A stretch of 64,000 nucleotides of DNA. Origin: an uncultured Chloroflexia bacterium (GTDB taxonomy: Bacteria; Chloroflexota; Limnocylindria; Limnocylindrales; CSP1-4). The DNA lies in assembly GCA_963748625.1 (NCBI GenBank), contig CAVVJT010000002.1, positions 128,001-192,000 of the forward strand. Reading direction: 5' to 3'. Of this stretch, positions 9,621 through 18,996 are shown piece by piece. The position numbers and the translations under genes were made by a program. Under the pieces are notes generated by a model. It had not been told where the DNA came from, did not search any database, and was given only the letters and a program-made list of their open reading frames with translations. Each line of letters starts with the position of its first letter. Position 1 is the first letter of the stretch.

Positions 9621-11030
9621 GTGACGCCACCGCCGACGCCGCCCGGGCCGGCCCCCGCAAACCCCGAGCCCAGGCCCCGACGCCTGGGCTCGCTGCTGGT
9701 CGATCCCGCTCCACTCCGCCTCGATCGCGACTTCCGCAACCTCTGGCTGGGCCAGGCAGTCTCCACCGCGGGCCGGATGATCACGTTCGTGGTGCTGCCG
9801 TACCAGGTGTACGTGCTCACTGACTCGTTGGTGGCCGTGGGGGCGCTGTCGATCGTGCAGCTCGTGCCCATCCTGGTCTTCGCGCTCGGCGCCGGGTCCC
9901 TGGCAGACGCGGTTGACCGGCGGCGCCTGCTGCTCGTCACCCAGGTCTCGCTGGCCCTGACCACGCTTGCGCTCGCGCTGGTCGCCCTGATGCCGGACCC
10001 GTCGCTGTGGGCGATCTACGGGCTTGCGGCGGTCTCGGCGGCACTCTCCGCCGTGGACCAGCCCGCGCGGTCCGCGGCGATCCCGCGGCTCGTCCCTCCT
10101 GAACGGCTCCAGAGCGCCATCGCGCTCAACCAGGTGATGTTCAACGCGGGTGCGGTCGTCGGGCCGGCGATCGGCGGGGTGATCCTGGCGGTGGCGGGCG
10201 TCGCGGCGGCCTATCTCGTGGACGCGGTGACCTACCTTGCTGCGATCGCGGCGCTGCTTGTCATCTCGCCGATCCCGCCGGCTCCCGGGGCCGTGCGGCC
10301 AAGCCTCCACGCGGTGGCCGAAGGGCTCCGGTTCGCCCGCCGCCGCCGGCCTGTGCTGGGGACCTTCGTTGTGGACCTGGTCGCGATGGTGTTCGGATCG
10401 CCCCGGTCGCTCTTCCCGGCGATGGCGCTCGACGTGTTCATGGTGGGGGCCGCCGGGGTGGGGATCATGTCGTCGGCGGTGGCGTTCGGCGCGGTTGTGG
10501 CCTCGTTCCTCACCGGCTGGACGACGGGGATCCGGCGGCCGGGCCGCGCGGTGCTGATCGCTGTGGCGGTCTGGGGGATCGGGATCATCGGCTTCGGCCT
10601 CGCCACGTTCAGCTTCCCGCTGGCGCTGCTGTGCCTGGCGGTGGCCTCCGGGGCCGACGTGATCTCCGCGGTGCTCCGGTCGTACATCGTGCAGACGCTC
10701 ACGCCCGATGCCCTCCGGGGCCGGGTATCGGCGATCCACATCCTGGTGGTGACCGGTGGTCCGCGGATCGGGGACGCGGAGGCGGCGGCGGTCGCGGCGG
10801 TCACGTCGCCGGCCGTGTCGGTGGTGGCGGGCGGGGTGCTGACGCTCGTCGGGCTGGGGGTGATCGCGGTGGCGATGCCAGAGTTCGGGCGGCTCGACAT
10901 GCGCGATGAGCTGGAACGGATCGATGTGGACGAGGCGGTCGACGCGGGCGAGATGGTCGAGGCGGTCGACGCGGGCGAGATGGTCGAGGCGGTTGACGCG
11001 GTCGACGCAGCGGCGGTCGGCCCGCCCTGA
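9621..11030 (+). CDS. MFS transporter (EntS/DHA3-like exporter)
   Basis: 12-TM pattern; GSLADAVDRRRLL motif A; TPDALRGRV. Confidence 0.9.
   Translation: MTPPPTPPGPAPANPEPRPRRLGSLLVDPAPLRLDRDFRNLWLGQAVSTAGRMITFVVLPYQVYVLTDSLVAVGALSIVQLVPILVFALGAGSLADAVDRRRLLLVTQVSLALTTLALALVALMPDPSLWAIYGLAAVSAALSAVDQPARSAAIPRLVPPERLQSAIALNQVMFNAGAVVGPAIGGVILAVAGVAAAYLVDAVTYLAAIAALLVISPIPPAPGAVRPSLHAVAEGLRFARRRRPVLGTFVVDLVAMVFGSPRSLFPAMALDVFMVGAAGVGIMSSAVAFGAVVASFLTGWTTGIRRPGRAVLIAVAVWGIGIIGFGLATFSFPLALLCLAVASGADVISAVLRSYIVQTLTPDALRGRVSAIHILVVTGGPRIGDAEAAAVAAVTSPAVSVVAGGVLTLVGLGVIAVAMPEFGRLDMRDELERIDVDEAVDAGEMVEAVDAGEMVEAVDAVDAAAVGPP
10931..11001 (+). repeat. 27-bp coding tandem repeat (~2.6 copies, EAVDAGEMV)
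   Basis: CGAGGCGGTCGACGCGGGCGAGATGGT twice plus a partial copy. Confidence 0.85.
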
Positions 11031-11075
11031 GGCGGCGGTCGGCCCGCCCTGAGGCGGCGGTCGGCCCGCCCTGAC
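11010..11075 (+). repeat. 22-bp tandem repeat x3 spanning the MFS stop codon
   Basis: GCGGCGGTCGGCCCGCCCTGA(G/C) three times. Confidence 0.9.
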
Positions 11076-11086
11076 GCGGCGGCCGT

Positions 11087-11290
11087 CCCTCGCCCGCCAA
11101 AGGCGGATTCCATCCGCACAAGGATCACTTGGCGGATCCATCGGCGCAGGGATCGGATCGGGGCAGTCCGTGCAGGGCTCGGGCCACGGACTTGAGGTTC
11201 GGTGCGTGACCCACGCAGACCGGGGGCGATTCTCACCACGGGGATTGTTGGCCAATTCCATCCGCGCAGGGATGGAATCCGGGGCGAGGG
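11087..11290. repeat. intergenic inverted-repeat element (REPIN/MITE-like)
   Basis: CGGATTCCATCC (11104-11115) and GGATGGAATCCG (11270-11281) form a perfect IR; outer pair CCCTCGCCC/GGGCGAGGG. Confidence 0.6.
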
Positions 11291-11371
11291 AGCACGGGCA
11301 TGCCAACCCGCGACCTTGCCCGACCTGACCCGGCCCGGCCCAGCCTAGCCCGGCGACCCTGCGCGCCGGCC

Positions 11372-12661
11372 TCAGACTCCCGGATCCTCGAGCACGTCGG
11401 CGAACATCCCGTCCGCATCGAAGGCGATCTCGTGCAGTGGCTCCACGATCTCGCAGCGCCCCGTGGCGAGCACCTCGGACAGGGCCGCCTCGGACACCAG
11501 GACCACGCCGAGGTCCTTCGTGCTGCGCACCCGCAGGATTCGGGCCGTCGGCGCCTCGACCCGCACGCTGGCGGCGATCGCCACCGCGAGGGCCTCGCGA
11601 TCCGAGTCGAGCGTGATCGGAATGCGGCCACCCTCGGGCGTCTTGGCGGTGATCTCGTTCATGTAGGTCTTGCGGGCATCCATCGCGTCCACGGCCCGGC
11701 GCAGCGCGACGTCGGCAACGCCGATGCCGCAGGCATTGCCCTCGGTGGCGTCGGTCAGGCCGCGCACGACGATCCGCCCGATCGCGGGTCCACCGGGCCG
11801 CGCACCGTCGTGACCGCGCCCGACGACGTTGGGATCCATGCCCACGCCGCTGACGTCCTTGCCGATCTCGTCCACGACGAGCACGTCGCAGGAGGTGACC
11901 GGGAGGCGGGCCATCAGGGCGCGGGCCCGGGCCAGGAGCTCCACCTCGCGCTGCAGGATCTGCTCGGCCGGAACGGCCTCGATGTGGGCCAGGTGCGCGG
12001 AGCCGTCCTCCACGAGCGCCAGCCCGAAGCGGATCGGCGCGTGCGCGATCGTGTGCCGGGCGACCGCCGGGATCAGCTCGCCGAAGCGGGCATAGCCCTG
12101 GCGGTGGAACACGTCGGCGCCCTTCTGCTTGCCAAGGCCGATGGCGATCATCTTCTGGAGGCCGCTCTCGGTGGGCGCCGTGAAGCCCGTGTGGGGCTTG
12201 ATGCGATTGAGCGGGATGATCAGGTCCGCGGCGGCGGCGTTCCGGTCCAGGAACACGGGGACGCCAGGCTCCACCTCGCCCAGCTCGACGGTGTCCATCG
12301 AGGCGAGGATCTCGCACCCCATGGTCTCGGGGGTGATGCCGTACCCGGCGAGGACGGCGAGCTGGCCCGCGGCGGTCGCGCCGCCGTGGCTGCCCATCGC
12401 GGGCACGATGAAGGGGGAGGCGCCCCGCTCGGCGATCCGCTGCACGACTGCCTTCGTGACCTCCGCGATACGGTCGATCCCGCGGCTCCCGCCGGTGATG
12501 CACACGCGCATCCCGGGTTCGACGCGGTCCATGACGGGCTCCAGCGCCGCCCGGACGGCGGCAGCGGCATCGTCGATCGAGGTGCCCTCCATCCGCTGCC
12601 GGACGAGGGCCCAGCGGGGGAAGGCCGGGGGGATGAACTCCGGGAGGAGCGGCTCGTGCAT
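11372..12661 (-). CDS. lactate racemase (LarA)-like / DUF362-type domain protein
   Basis: GSRGI, PAMGSHGGAT, NRIKPHT, ESGLQKMIAIGLGKQKGA and GKDVSGVGMDPNVVGR motifs. Confidence 0.85.
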   Translation of the reverse strand: MHEPLLPEFIPPAFPRWALVRQRMEGTSIDDAAAAVRAALEPVMDRVEPGMRVCITGGSRGIDRIAEVTKAVVQRIAERGASPFIVPAMGSHGGATAAGQLAVLAGYGITPETMGCEILASMDTVELGEVEPGVPVFLDRNAAAADLIIPLNRIKPHTGFTAPTESGLQKMIAIGLGKQKGADVFHRQGYARFGELIPAVARHTIAHAPIRFGLALVEDGSAHLAHIEAVPAEQILQREVELLARARALMARLPVTSCDVLVVDEIGKDVSGVGMDPNVVGRGHDGARPGGPAIGRIVVRGLTDATEGNACGIGVADVALRRAVDAMDARKTYMNEITAKTPEGGRIPITLDSDREALAVAIAASVRVEAPTARILRVRSTKDLGVVLVSEAALSEVLATGRCEIVEPLHEIAFDADGMFADVLEDPGV

Positions 12662-12761
12662 GCCGCGATCATGCCGGATTGGCGCAACTGGCCGATGAAC
12701 GGCCGCGCCGGGGCCGCTAGACTCCCGCAATCGAGGGGCCGAACACATCAGGGAGAGGTGG

Positions 12762-13790
12762 ATGACCGACCAGCCCGGAGTGCCGCCCGACGGCACGCCC
12801 GCAGCGTCCCCTGGCCTGACGCCGGCCTCGCCGCCCGTCGCACCGCCTCCGATGCCTGCTCCGCCCGCTGCCGCCCCCGGGTGGGCCTCGGCAGCTCCGA
12901 CACCGCCGTCGCCCGCAGGCTGGGGTGCACCCGCCCAGGCACCGGCCGCACCCGCCCCGACGCCTCCCGCCGCCGGCTGGGGCGCACCGGCATCGGCCAC
13001 AGGCTGGAGCGCACCCGCCCCGGCACCGCCGGCCACCCCCGGCTGGGGCCCGCCGCCCGGCGCCACCCCCGGCTGGGGCGCACCGGTCCAGGTCATGGCC
13101 AGGCCCAAGCTGATGGCGCGGACCGGCATGAAGACGACCCTCGCCGTCGCCGCGATCATGGTCGGCGTGGTGGTCGGTGTGAACCTGGTCAACGCCGCCG
13201 TCCCCCTGCCGACGGAGTTCGTGGACCCCGGCACCAACCCGGCCATCCAGGTCGTCCCCACCGAGGAGCCCGGCCAGCCGACGCAGCCGCCGGAGCCCGC
13301 CCAGACCCTCGAGCCTGGCCAGACCGCGGAACCGACGGCGGCGCCCATCGATCCGGGCCCCGTCAGTGGCGGTACATCCGTCACCGTCAACGATGCCTAC
13401 ACCGTGGTCATGCCCGACGGATGGGTCCTCGTGGAGGAGGGCGACGGGGCCCTCCTGTTCCAGAAGGGCAGCGTCACCTTCGTCGTGGGGGGGGCCTCGT
13501 TCGAGGGGACGGTCACCGAGCTGGCCAGCGCGTATCGCGATGTCTTCTTCCAGAACGGCAACCTCACGGGCACGGAGCCCGAGGCGGGCGCCACCAGCAC
13601 CGGGATCCCGATCGCAGGCCTCAACTACACGGGCACGCTCGACAACACGCAGGTGGACGGCTTCATCTTGGTCGCCCTCGAGGGGGGCTCGGGATTCATC
13701 AGCAACGCCTTCGGGCCGACGGGCGCGCTGCAGGCCGTCTCGGACGACCTCTCGATGATCCTCAACTCGATCCGGCGCGTGGGGGAGTGA
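12762..13790 (+). CDS. single-TM protein with Pro-rich GWG-repeat N-terminus and extracytoplasmic domain
   Basis: GGAGAGG RBS; repeated P.GWGAP units, one TM helix, then a globular domain. Confidence 0.8.
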   Translation: MTDQPGVPPDGTPAASPGLTPASPPVAPPPMPAPPAAAPGWASAAPTPPSPAGWGAPAQAPAAPAPTPPAAGWGAPASATGWSAPAPAPPATPGWGPPPGATPGWGAPVQVMARPKLMARTGMKTTLAVAAIMVGVVVGVNLVNAAVPLPTEFVDPGTNPAIQVVPTEEPGQPTQPPEPAQTLEPGQTAEPTAAPIDPGPVSGGTSVTVNDAYTVVMPDGWVLVEEGDGALLFQKGSVTFVVGGASFEGTVTELASAYRDVFFQNGNLTGTEPEAGATSTGIPIAGLNYTGTLDNTQVDGFILVALEGGSGFISNAFGPTGALQAVSDDLSMILNSIRRVGE

Positions 13791-13791
13791 C

Positions 13792-15411
13792 ATGACCGCC
13801 CAGACCGCACCCACCCTTGAGCCCACCGCTCCGGCGATCGCGTCCGCGCCAACCTGGGGCACGCAGACCGGCTTCTTCCAGAAGCGCCAGCCGGCGTTCT
13901 GGCTCTTCGTCTTCACCCTCGCCGCCACCGGCCTCGCCGCGCTCGCGGAGCAGCTGAGCTTCCTCGCGGGTGCCCCCGGCGCCTGGTTCGTCACCGTCCT
14001 GCTGCTGGTCCCATACGCGATCCCGGTGATCGCGATCATCTACTACCTGGACCTCTACGAGCGGGAGCCGCTCTCGATCCTGGTCGCCGCCGTCCTGTGG
14101 GGCGGCTTCGTGGCGACGACCCTATCCATGTACACGAACACGCCGCTCGACGAGTTGATCTTCAAGGTCACCGCCGACCCCCAGTTCACGCTGGAGTGGA
14201 GCGCGGCGCTCACGGCGCCATTCGTGGAAGAGGGGTTCAAGCTCCTCGGGATCATCCTGCTCGTCTCGATCGCCCGCGACGAGATGGACGACCTCCTCGA
14301 CGGCTTCATCTGGGGCGCGATGGTCGGCATCGGCTTCCTGCTGGTCGAGGACATCTTCTACTTCATGCGGGCCTACTTCGAGCAGGGCAGCTTCGTCGAC
14401 CTGTTCTTCATCTGGCTGATCCGCATCGTGGGGGCGGGCCCGTACAGCCATTTCCTCTACACCGGTCTTGTCGGCATGGGCGTCGCGTACTACTACACCC
14501 AGCTGGACAAGCCGAACAGCCGACGCCTGGCAATGGCGGCCGGTTACATCGCGCTGGGCGTCGGCGCCCACTTCATCTGGAACTCGCCGCTCCTGAGCGG
14601 GCTTGCCGAGGGCGGGCTCATCGGGTTCTGGCTGATGCTGACGATCAAGGGCCTCCCGATGCTGATCGGGCTGGTGATCCTGATCCGCCTCGCCCGCAAG
14701 CGCGAGCGCAAGTGGTTCGCCACGTTCAGCACGACCTTCCATGACGATGGGGCGGTCACCGAGGCCGAGGTTGGCGAGCTGTCCGGACTCCGGGCCCGCC
14801 GGCGCGCCCGGAAGGCTGCCCTGCGCGCAAAGGGCCCGATGGGCGAGCAGCTCAAGGGCCAGATCCAGCGGGAGCAGATGACCCTGGTCCAGCTGATGAG
14901 CCGGCACGGCGCCGAGGACAACCCCGAGGTCGCCGTGCAGCAGGCCAAGGTGCACGCGCTCAAGGCCCAGTACGACGCGCTTGCCGGTCCGACGCCGTAC
15001 TCGGCGCAGCCGACGTGGGTGCAGCCGGCGGTGGGCGCGCAGCAGGCGTGGGGACAGCCGGCGCCCGTGACCCAGCCTGCGGTGGCCCAGCCGGCACCGG
15101 CCCAGCAGGGGTGGGGGCAGCCGGTGGTCGCGCAGCCCGCTCAGCCCGCTCAGCCCGCGGTGGTCGCGCAGCCCACGGTGGTCGCCCAGCCTGCGGTGGT
15201 GGCCCAGCCCGCGTGGGCTGCGACGCACCTCGTGCCCGATGGCGGCCTGCCCGCCTGGCCTGCGCCCGACCCCGCACAGCCGGTCGCGGCCAGCCTCAAC
15301 CCCGGCCTCGAGGTCGCGGTGACGGAGCGGGCCGGCGACTGGGCCCGGGTCGTGGCCGTCAACGGCTGGAGCGGCTGGGTGGACGGCCGGAGGCTCCTCG
15401 CCCGGGGTTGA
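13792..15411 (+). CDS. PrsW-family intramembrane protease with Gln/Pro linker and C-terminal SH3-like domain
   Basis: EREP, APFVEEGFK, GFLLVED and H..WN motifs; terminal GDWARV..NGWSGWVD. Confidence 0.9.
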   Translation: MTAQTAPTLEPTAPAIASAPTWGTQTGFFQKRQPAFWLFVFTLAATGLAALAEQLSFLAGAPGAWFVTVLLLVPYAIPVIAIIYYLDLYEREPLSILVAAVLWGGFVATTLSMYTNTPLDELIFKVTADPQFTLEWSAALTAPFVEEGFKLLGIILLVSIARDEMDDLLDGFIWGAMVGIGFLLVEDIFYFMRAYFEQGSFVDLFFIWLIRIVGAGPYSHFLYTGLVGMGVAYYYTQLDKPNSRRLAMAAGYIALGVGAHFIWNSPLLSGLAEGGLIGFWLMLTIKGLPMLIGLVILIRLARKRERKWFATFSTTFHDDGAVTEAEVGELSGLRARRRARKAALRAKGPMGEQLKGQIQREQMTLVQLMSRHGAEDNPEVAVQQAKVHALKAQYDALAGPTPYSAQPTWVQPAVGAQQAWGQPAPVTQPAVAQPAPAQQGWGQPVVAQPAQPAQPAVVAQPTVVAQPAVVAQPAWAATHLVPDGGLPAWPAPDPAQPVAASLNPGLEVAVTERAGDWARVVAVNGWSGWVDGRRLLARG

Positions 15412-15425
15412 TCAGGCCTGCCGCG

Positions 15426-18245
15426 TTACCGGTCCGATGCAGGGCCGGGACCCCATGGTCCGGTGAGCCCGGCCGGCTCCGGTCCAGGTTGTCCGGTGGC
15501 GGCCTCCACGACGGTGGCTCCGCTGTCGGCCGATCCGCCGGCAAGGGCAGGGGCCATCCCTGCGGTCGCTCCACGGAACAGCGTGGTCTGCAGCGCAGTT
15601 CCGAACCTGTTGACGAGCACGTAGCGTTCCGTCGCCGACGTCCACACGATCGACGGCATGTCGTTGTACCGGGATGTGTCGCTGGCAAGGGCGATGCGGT
15701 CAGGGCTGGTCCACATGGCGCCGTTCGTGCTCGACTCCGACCACACCAGGTCCGAACCGTTGCCCGGGTCGCAGCCACCGCAGAAGGTGTACTCGCCCGA
15801 TGCGGCGGCCGCGATGCCGGCTGTCCCGAACAGCGCGATCGCCGGCCCGTACAGCTGGTAGGTGCTGGGGCTGCCGTTCTCGTCGAGACCCCAGCCCGTC
15901 GGCACGACCCGCTTCGGCCCCCAGGTCCCGCTGGTCCGGATGCGGACGTTGAGGTTGCCGTCGAGCCAGGCGACGCCGATCCGGCTGCCGGCGATCGCCA
16001 GCCCGGCCATGTCCTGCGCCCCGGGGAGGGACGTGGCCGTCCCGAAGCTCGTCCCGGTGTTCGTGGAGATGCGCACCTTGGTGGACCCGTGCAGCGACGC
16101 GATCCACGCGACGGCGATGGTCTTCCCGCTCACCGCCACGTTCACCAGGCCTGTCCTGCCGCCGAATCCCTTGACCGAAGTGGTGCCCACCTTGACCGTC
16201 TTCCACGTGCGGCCTCGGTCCTTGCTGGTGGCGACCTTGACGTCGCCCGTGGCGGCATTCGTGTAGCCCACCACGACCGTGGATCCGCTGATCGCAATCG
16301 ACGGATGGTCAACCCGGCCACTGGTGCTCGTGATGCGCTGGGCCGATCCCCACGATCCGCTGCCGGAGTTCGTGCTCACGCGGACCCATAGCACGCGGGG
16401 CGCCGTCGCCCCAAGGTTGAAGACCTTCGCTGCTGAGACCCAGGCGACGGCGACCTTCCTTCCGCTCGCTGCGGTGACCGGCCAGAAGCCGTGCTTGTTG
16501 CCTGGGTTGACACGGGTGCTGGACGACCACGACGCGCCGCCGTTGGTGCTGCGGTTCAGGTACACGGGCATGTAGGGGCCGGTGTTCTTCACCGGCTTCG
16601 AGCCTGCGTACCCTGACGAGCTGACCTGGACGAGCGTCGTCGTCCCACCGTCCACGGCCCGCGCAAGCGCGCCACCGAGGTTCCATCGGCCCCCGAGCGA
16701 TGCTCGCGCCGTCCACGTGGCGCCGAGCGCCGGGAGCGCGTTGCTGCCGGTGATCTGCGACGCTCGGTGACCGACGAACCCCGGTCCCTCGACGACAACG
16801 TCCACCGACTGCGTGTTCCCGTCCCATGGCGATGGGATTGCCGGCGGCGCATAGCGCACCGTGATCGAACATGATCCAACCGCCGGGATGCCCTCGGTGC
16901 AGCCGTTGCCGATTACGGAGAAGAGGTCGGTGCGCCCGTTCGCGAGCACCACCGAGGTGATCGGCTGGGCGATCGCGGCCTCCGACGTGAGGGTCACCAC
17001 GGCATCGGCGGTCTGGCCCGGGCGGATGGTGTCGATGACGACCGACGGGGTGATCGACACCGGGTTCGTGCCAGTCACGCTGAGCGCCACCACCTTCGCT
17101 CCCTGGTTCGGCCCCAGGTTGACCGACAGGGTCGCTGAGGCCTCGGCCACGCCCGGAGGCGTCGCCGTCACGTCGATCGTGCAGGTCTCCCCGCCGGCGA
17201 TCGGCACCCCGGTACAGCCGTCGGCATCGATCGAGAATGCGGATGGCGTGATGCCGCCCAAGGTCACGCCCTGGACCGTGCCAGTGCCCGGCCCGGCGAA
17301 GGCGACGGTGATCGCCCCCGGCCCCGAGGTCGTGGTGGCGGGAGCGCTGCCGAGCGGGAGGGAGGACGGTGCGACCGCCCACGGGTCCATGACGGGAATC
17401 GACAGGTGGCCATACCAGGTGGCCCGCTCGAGATCCGTGACGACCCGGATGGAGCCGGACTGGAGGCCGGGCCCGATCGGCGCGATGTGGACCGCCGCCG
17501 TGCAGGTCTCGCCCGGGTCGAGCGTCACGCCAGAACATGTCTCGGCATCGAGCGTGACGGGGGGCCCGCCGGAGGTGAGACCCAGCTCGCTGATCGCAAC
17601 CGGCATGGTGCCGTGGGCGGTGAGCGTCCAGGTCCGGTCCGTTGTCTCGCCGGGGTACATGGCGGGAACGGCTGGCATGGTCGCAGACAGCCATGCGTAG
17701 GGGTGGCTGGAGTTGATCCGGACCGTGTAGCTCGCCGCCTCGTTGGGGCAGGTCGCGTCCATGGCCAGCTTCGTGACGGCGTTGGTCTCCAGCACGGCCT
17801 CGAGCTCCCAGACCGTGATCGTGGCCTGCTCGCAGTTCGCGCCGGCGCCAGCGCCCCGGTTGTACCAGAGCGGGAGGCCCGTGTAGGTGTGCCCCAGCTC
17901 GACCTCCTTGCCGGCACCGGCCCAGAGCTGGACTCTGACGCTCGTGGACGTTGCCTGGTCCCAGAAGCCGGCGGTCAGATAGCCCTCACCGTTCTGCGCC
18001 ACCGTCCATGCCGCCGCATCAACCGTTGACGCCGGGGCGCGGTACTCCGTCCGGCGGTCCGCCTGGAGGTCCCCCTGGCGCCGGTCCACCGTGACGAAGG
18101 TCTCGGCTGCGAGGGGAGCCTGTGCGGTTCCGGCGTCTGCCGCGCGGGCAGCACCTGACAGGGCAGCCGCAGGCGCCGACCCGGCGCTGACGAGCAGGAT
18201 CGCGGACAGCATGGCCGCGACGACGCCTGTCGTACGTGTGTGCAA
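15426..18245 (-). CDS. large secreted protein with Ig-like (choice-of-anchor D-like) domains and BNR/Asp-box propeller
   Basis: Signal peptide; three C..C Ig-like repeats; S.N/D.G..W boxes (STNGGASW, SKDRGRTW, STNGAMW); TTG start with GGAGG RBS. Confidence 0.85.
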   Translation of the reverse strand: MHTRTTGVVAAMLSAILLVSAGSAPAAALSGAARAADAGTAQAPLAAETFVTVDRRQGDLQADRRTEYRAPASTVDAAAWTVAQNGEGYLTAGFWDQATSTSVRVQLWAGAGKEVELGHTYTGLPLWYNRGAGAGANCEQATITVWELEAVLETNAVTKLAMDATCPNEAASYTVRINSSHPYAWLSATMPAVPAMYPGETTDRTWTLTAHGTMPVAISELGLTSGGPPVTLDAETCSGVTLDPGETCTAAVHIAPIGPGLQSGSIRVVTDLERATWYGHLSIPVMDPWAVAPSSLPLGSAPATTTSGPGAITVAFAGPGTGTVQGVTLGGITPSAFSIDADGCTGVPIAGGETCTIDVTATPPGVAEASATLSVNLGPNQGAKVVALSVTGTNPVSITPSVVIDTIRPGQTADAVVTLTSEAAIAQPITSVVLANGRTDLFSVIGNGCTEGIPAVGSCSITVRYAPPAIPSPWDGNTQSVDVVVEGPGFVGHRASQITGSNALPALGATWTARASLGGRWNLGGALARAVDGGTTTLVQVSSSGYAGSKPVKNTGPYMPVYLNRSTNGGASWSSSTRVNPGNKHGFWPVTAASGRKVAVAWVSAAKVFNLGATAPRVLWVRVSTNSGSGSWGSAQRITSTSGRVDHPSIAISGSTVVVGYTNAATGDVKVATSKDRGRTWKTVKVGTTSVKGFGGRTGLVNVAVSGKTIAVAWIASLHGSTKVRISTNTGTSFGTATSLPGAQDMAGLAIAGSRIGVAWLDGNLNVRIRTSGTWGPKRVVPTGWGLDENGSPSTYQLYGPAIALFGTAGIAAAASGEYTFCGGCDPGNGSDLVWSESSTNGAMWTSPDRIALASDTSRYNDMPSIVWTSATERYVLVNRFGTALQTTLFRGATAGMAPALAGGSADSGATVVEAATGQPGPEPAGLTGPWGPGPASDR

Positions 18246-18385
18246 CGTTGCCTCCCCTCCCGATCCCCGGACGCGCGCTGAGCATACGTCAGGCGCGTGG
18301 CCGTTCCGACACGTGACCGCGCCGGCGGAGGCGCAGGCGTAGCATCGTGCGCACGAGCGTCCGCCGCCCAGTCCGAGGAGTTCCG

Positions 18386-18685
18386 ATGTTCAAGGCGATG
18401 ATCCTGCTGACGAAGCGCGACGACCTCACCACCGAGGAGTTCCGCCGCTGGTGGCTCGAGGAGCACCGGCCCCTGGCGCTCGGGCTGCCCGGCCTGCGCA
18501 AGATGGTTGTGAACATGGTCGACGAGGGTCCCGAGGACGGGATCGATGGTGTGGCCGAACTCTGGTTCGACACCCGGGACGACTTCGTCGCGGCCTACGC
18601 CACGGACCATGGCAAGGCTGTCGCTGCCGACTCGATGGCCCACAACAAGGCGCGGGTCCGCTACTTCATCACCGAAGTCGAGTAG
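18386..18685 (+). CDS. EthD family protein
   Basis: EEFRRWWLEEH, LPGLR and DGVAELWFD; GAGGAG RBS. Confidence 0.9.
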   Translation: MFKAMILLTKRDDLTTEEFRRWWLEEHRPLALGLPGLRKMVVNMVDEGPEDGIDGVAELWFDTRDDFVAAYATDHGKAVAADSMAHNKARVRYFITEVE

Positions 18686-18721
18686 TCGGGGGGCACCGCC
18701 CCGCCCCGGACTCCCGCAGTT

Positions 18722-18832
18722 GCCCCACCTGTGGGCCGAATCTGCAGCTCGCACGCACGTACTGCGTCGCAAACCCTGACTTTCGTGCCCGGACCACGCT
18801 CACGACCCGCGGAATTGGCCCCCACGTGGGGC
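18722..18832. repeat. imperfect palindromic intergenic element (REPIN-like, subfamily B)
   Basis: Arms GCCCCACCTGTGGGCCGAATC and GAATTGGCCCCCACGTGGGGC are inverted; similar to 43167-43275. Confidence 0.55.
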
Positions 18833-18996
18833 GGACCGCAGGTCCGGCGCTGTGCGAGACGGGGCACGGCCGCGCGGTTCGCGCCGACGCGGCCGCACGG
18901 ACCGGAACTGCCGCGCCGTGGACCGGTGGCCGCGCTGCGGGCCGGTGACGCGCGCGTCGACCGTCACCGCCGTGCGCAGGCCGCACCGTGGATGGG

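Noticed and set aside
11010-11075. CRISPR-like repeats
   Set aside because: Head-to-tail repeats with no spacers
9561-13795. Long alternative-frame ORFs (980 aa, 831 aa) and similar ones throughout
   Set aside because: Arg/Pro/Gly-rich shadow ORFs expected at this GC content, overlapping well-supported genes
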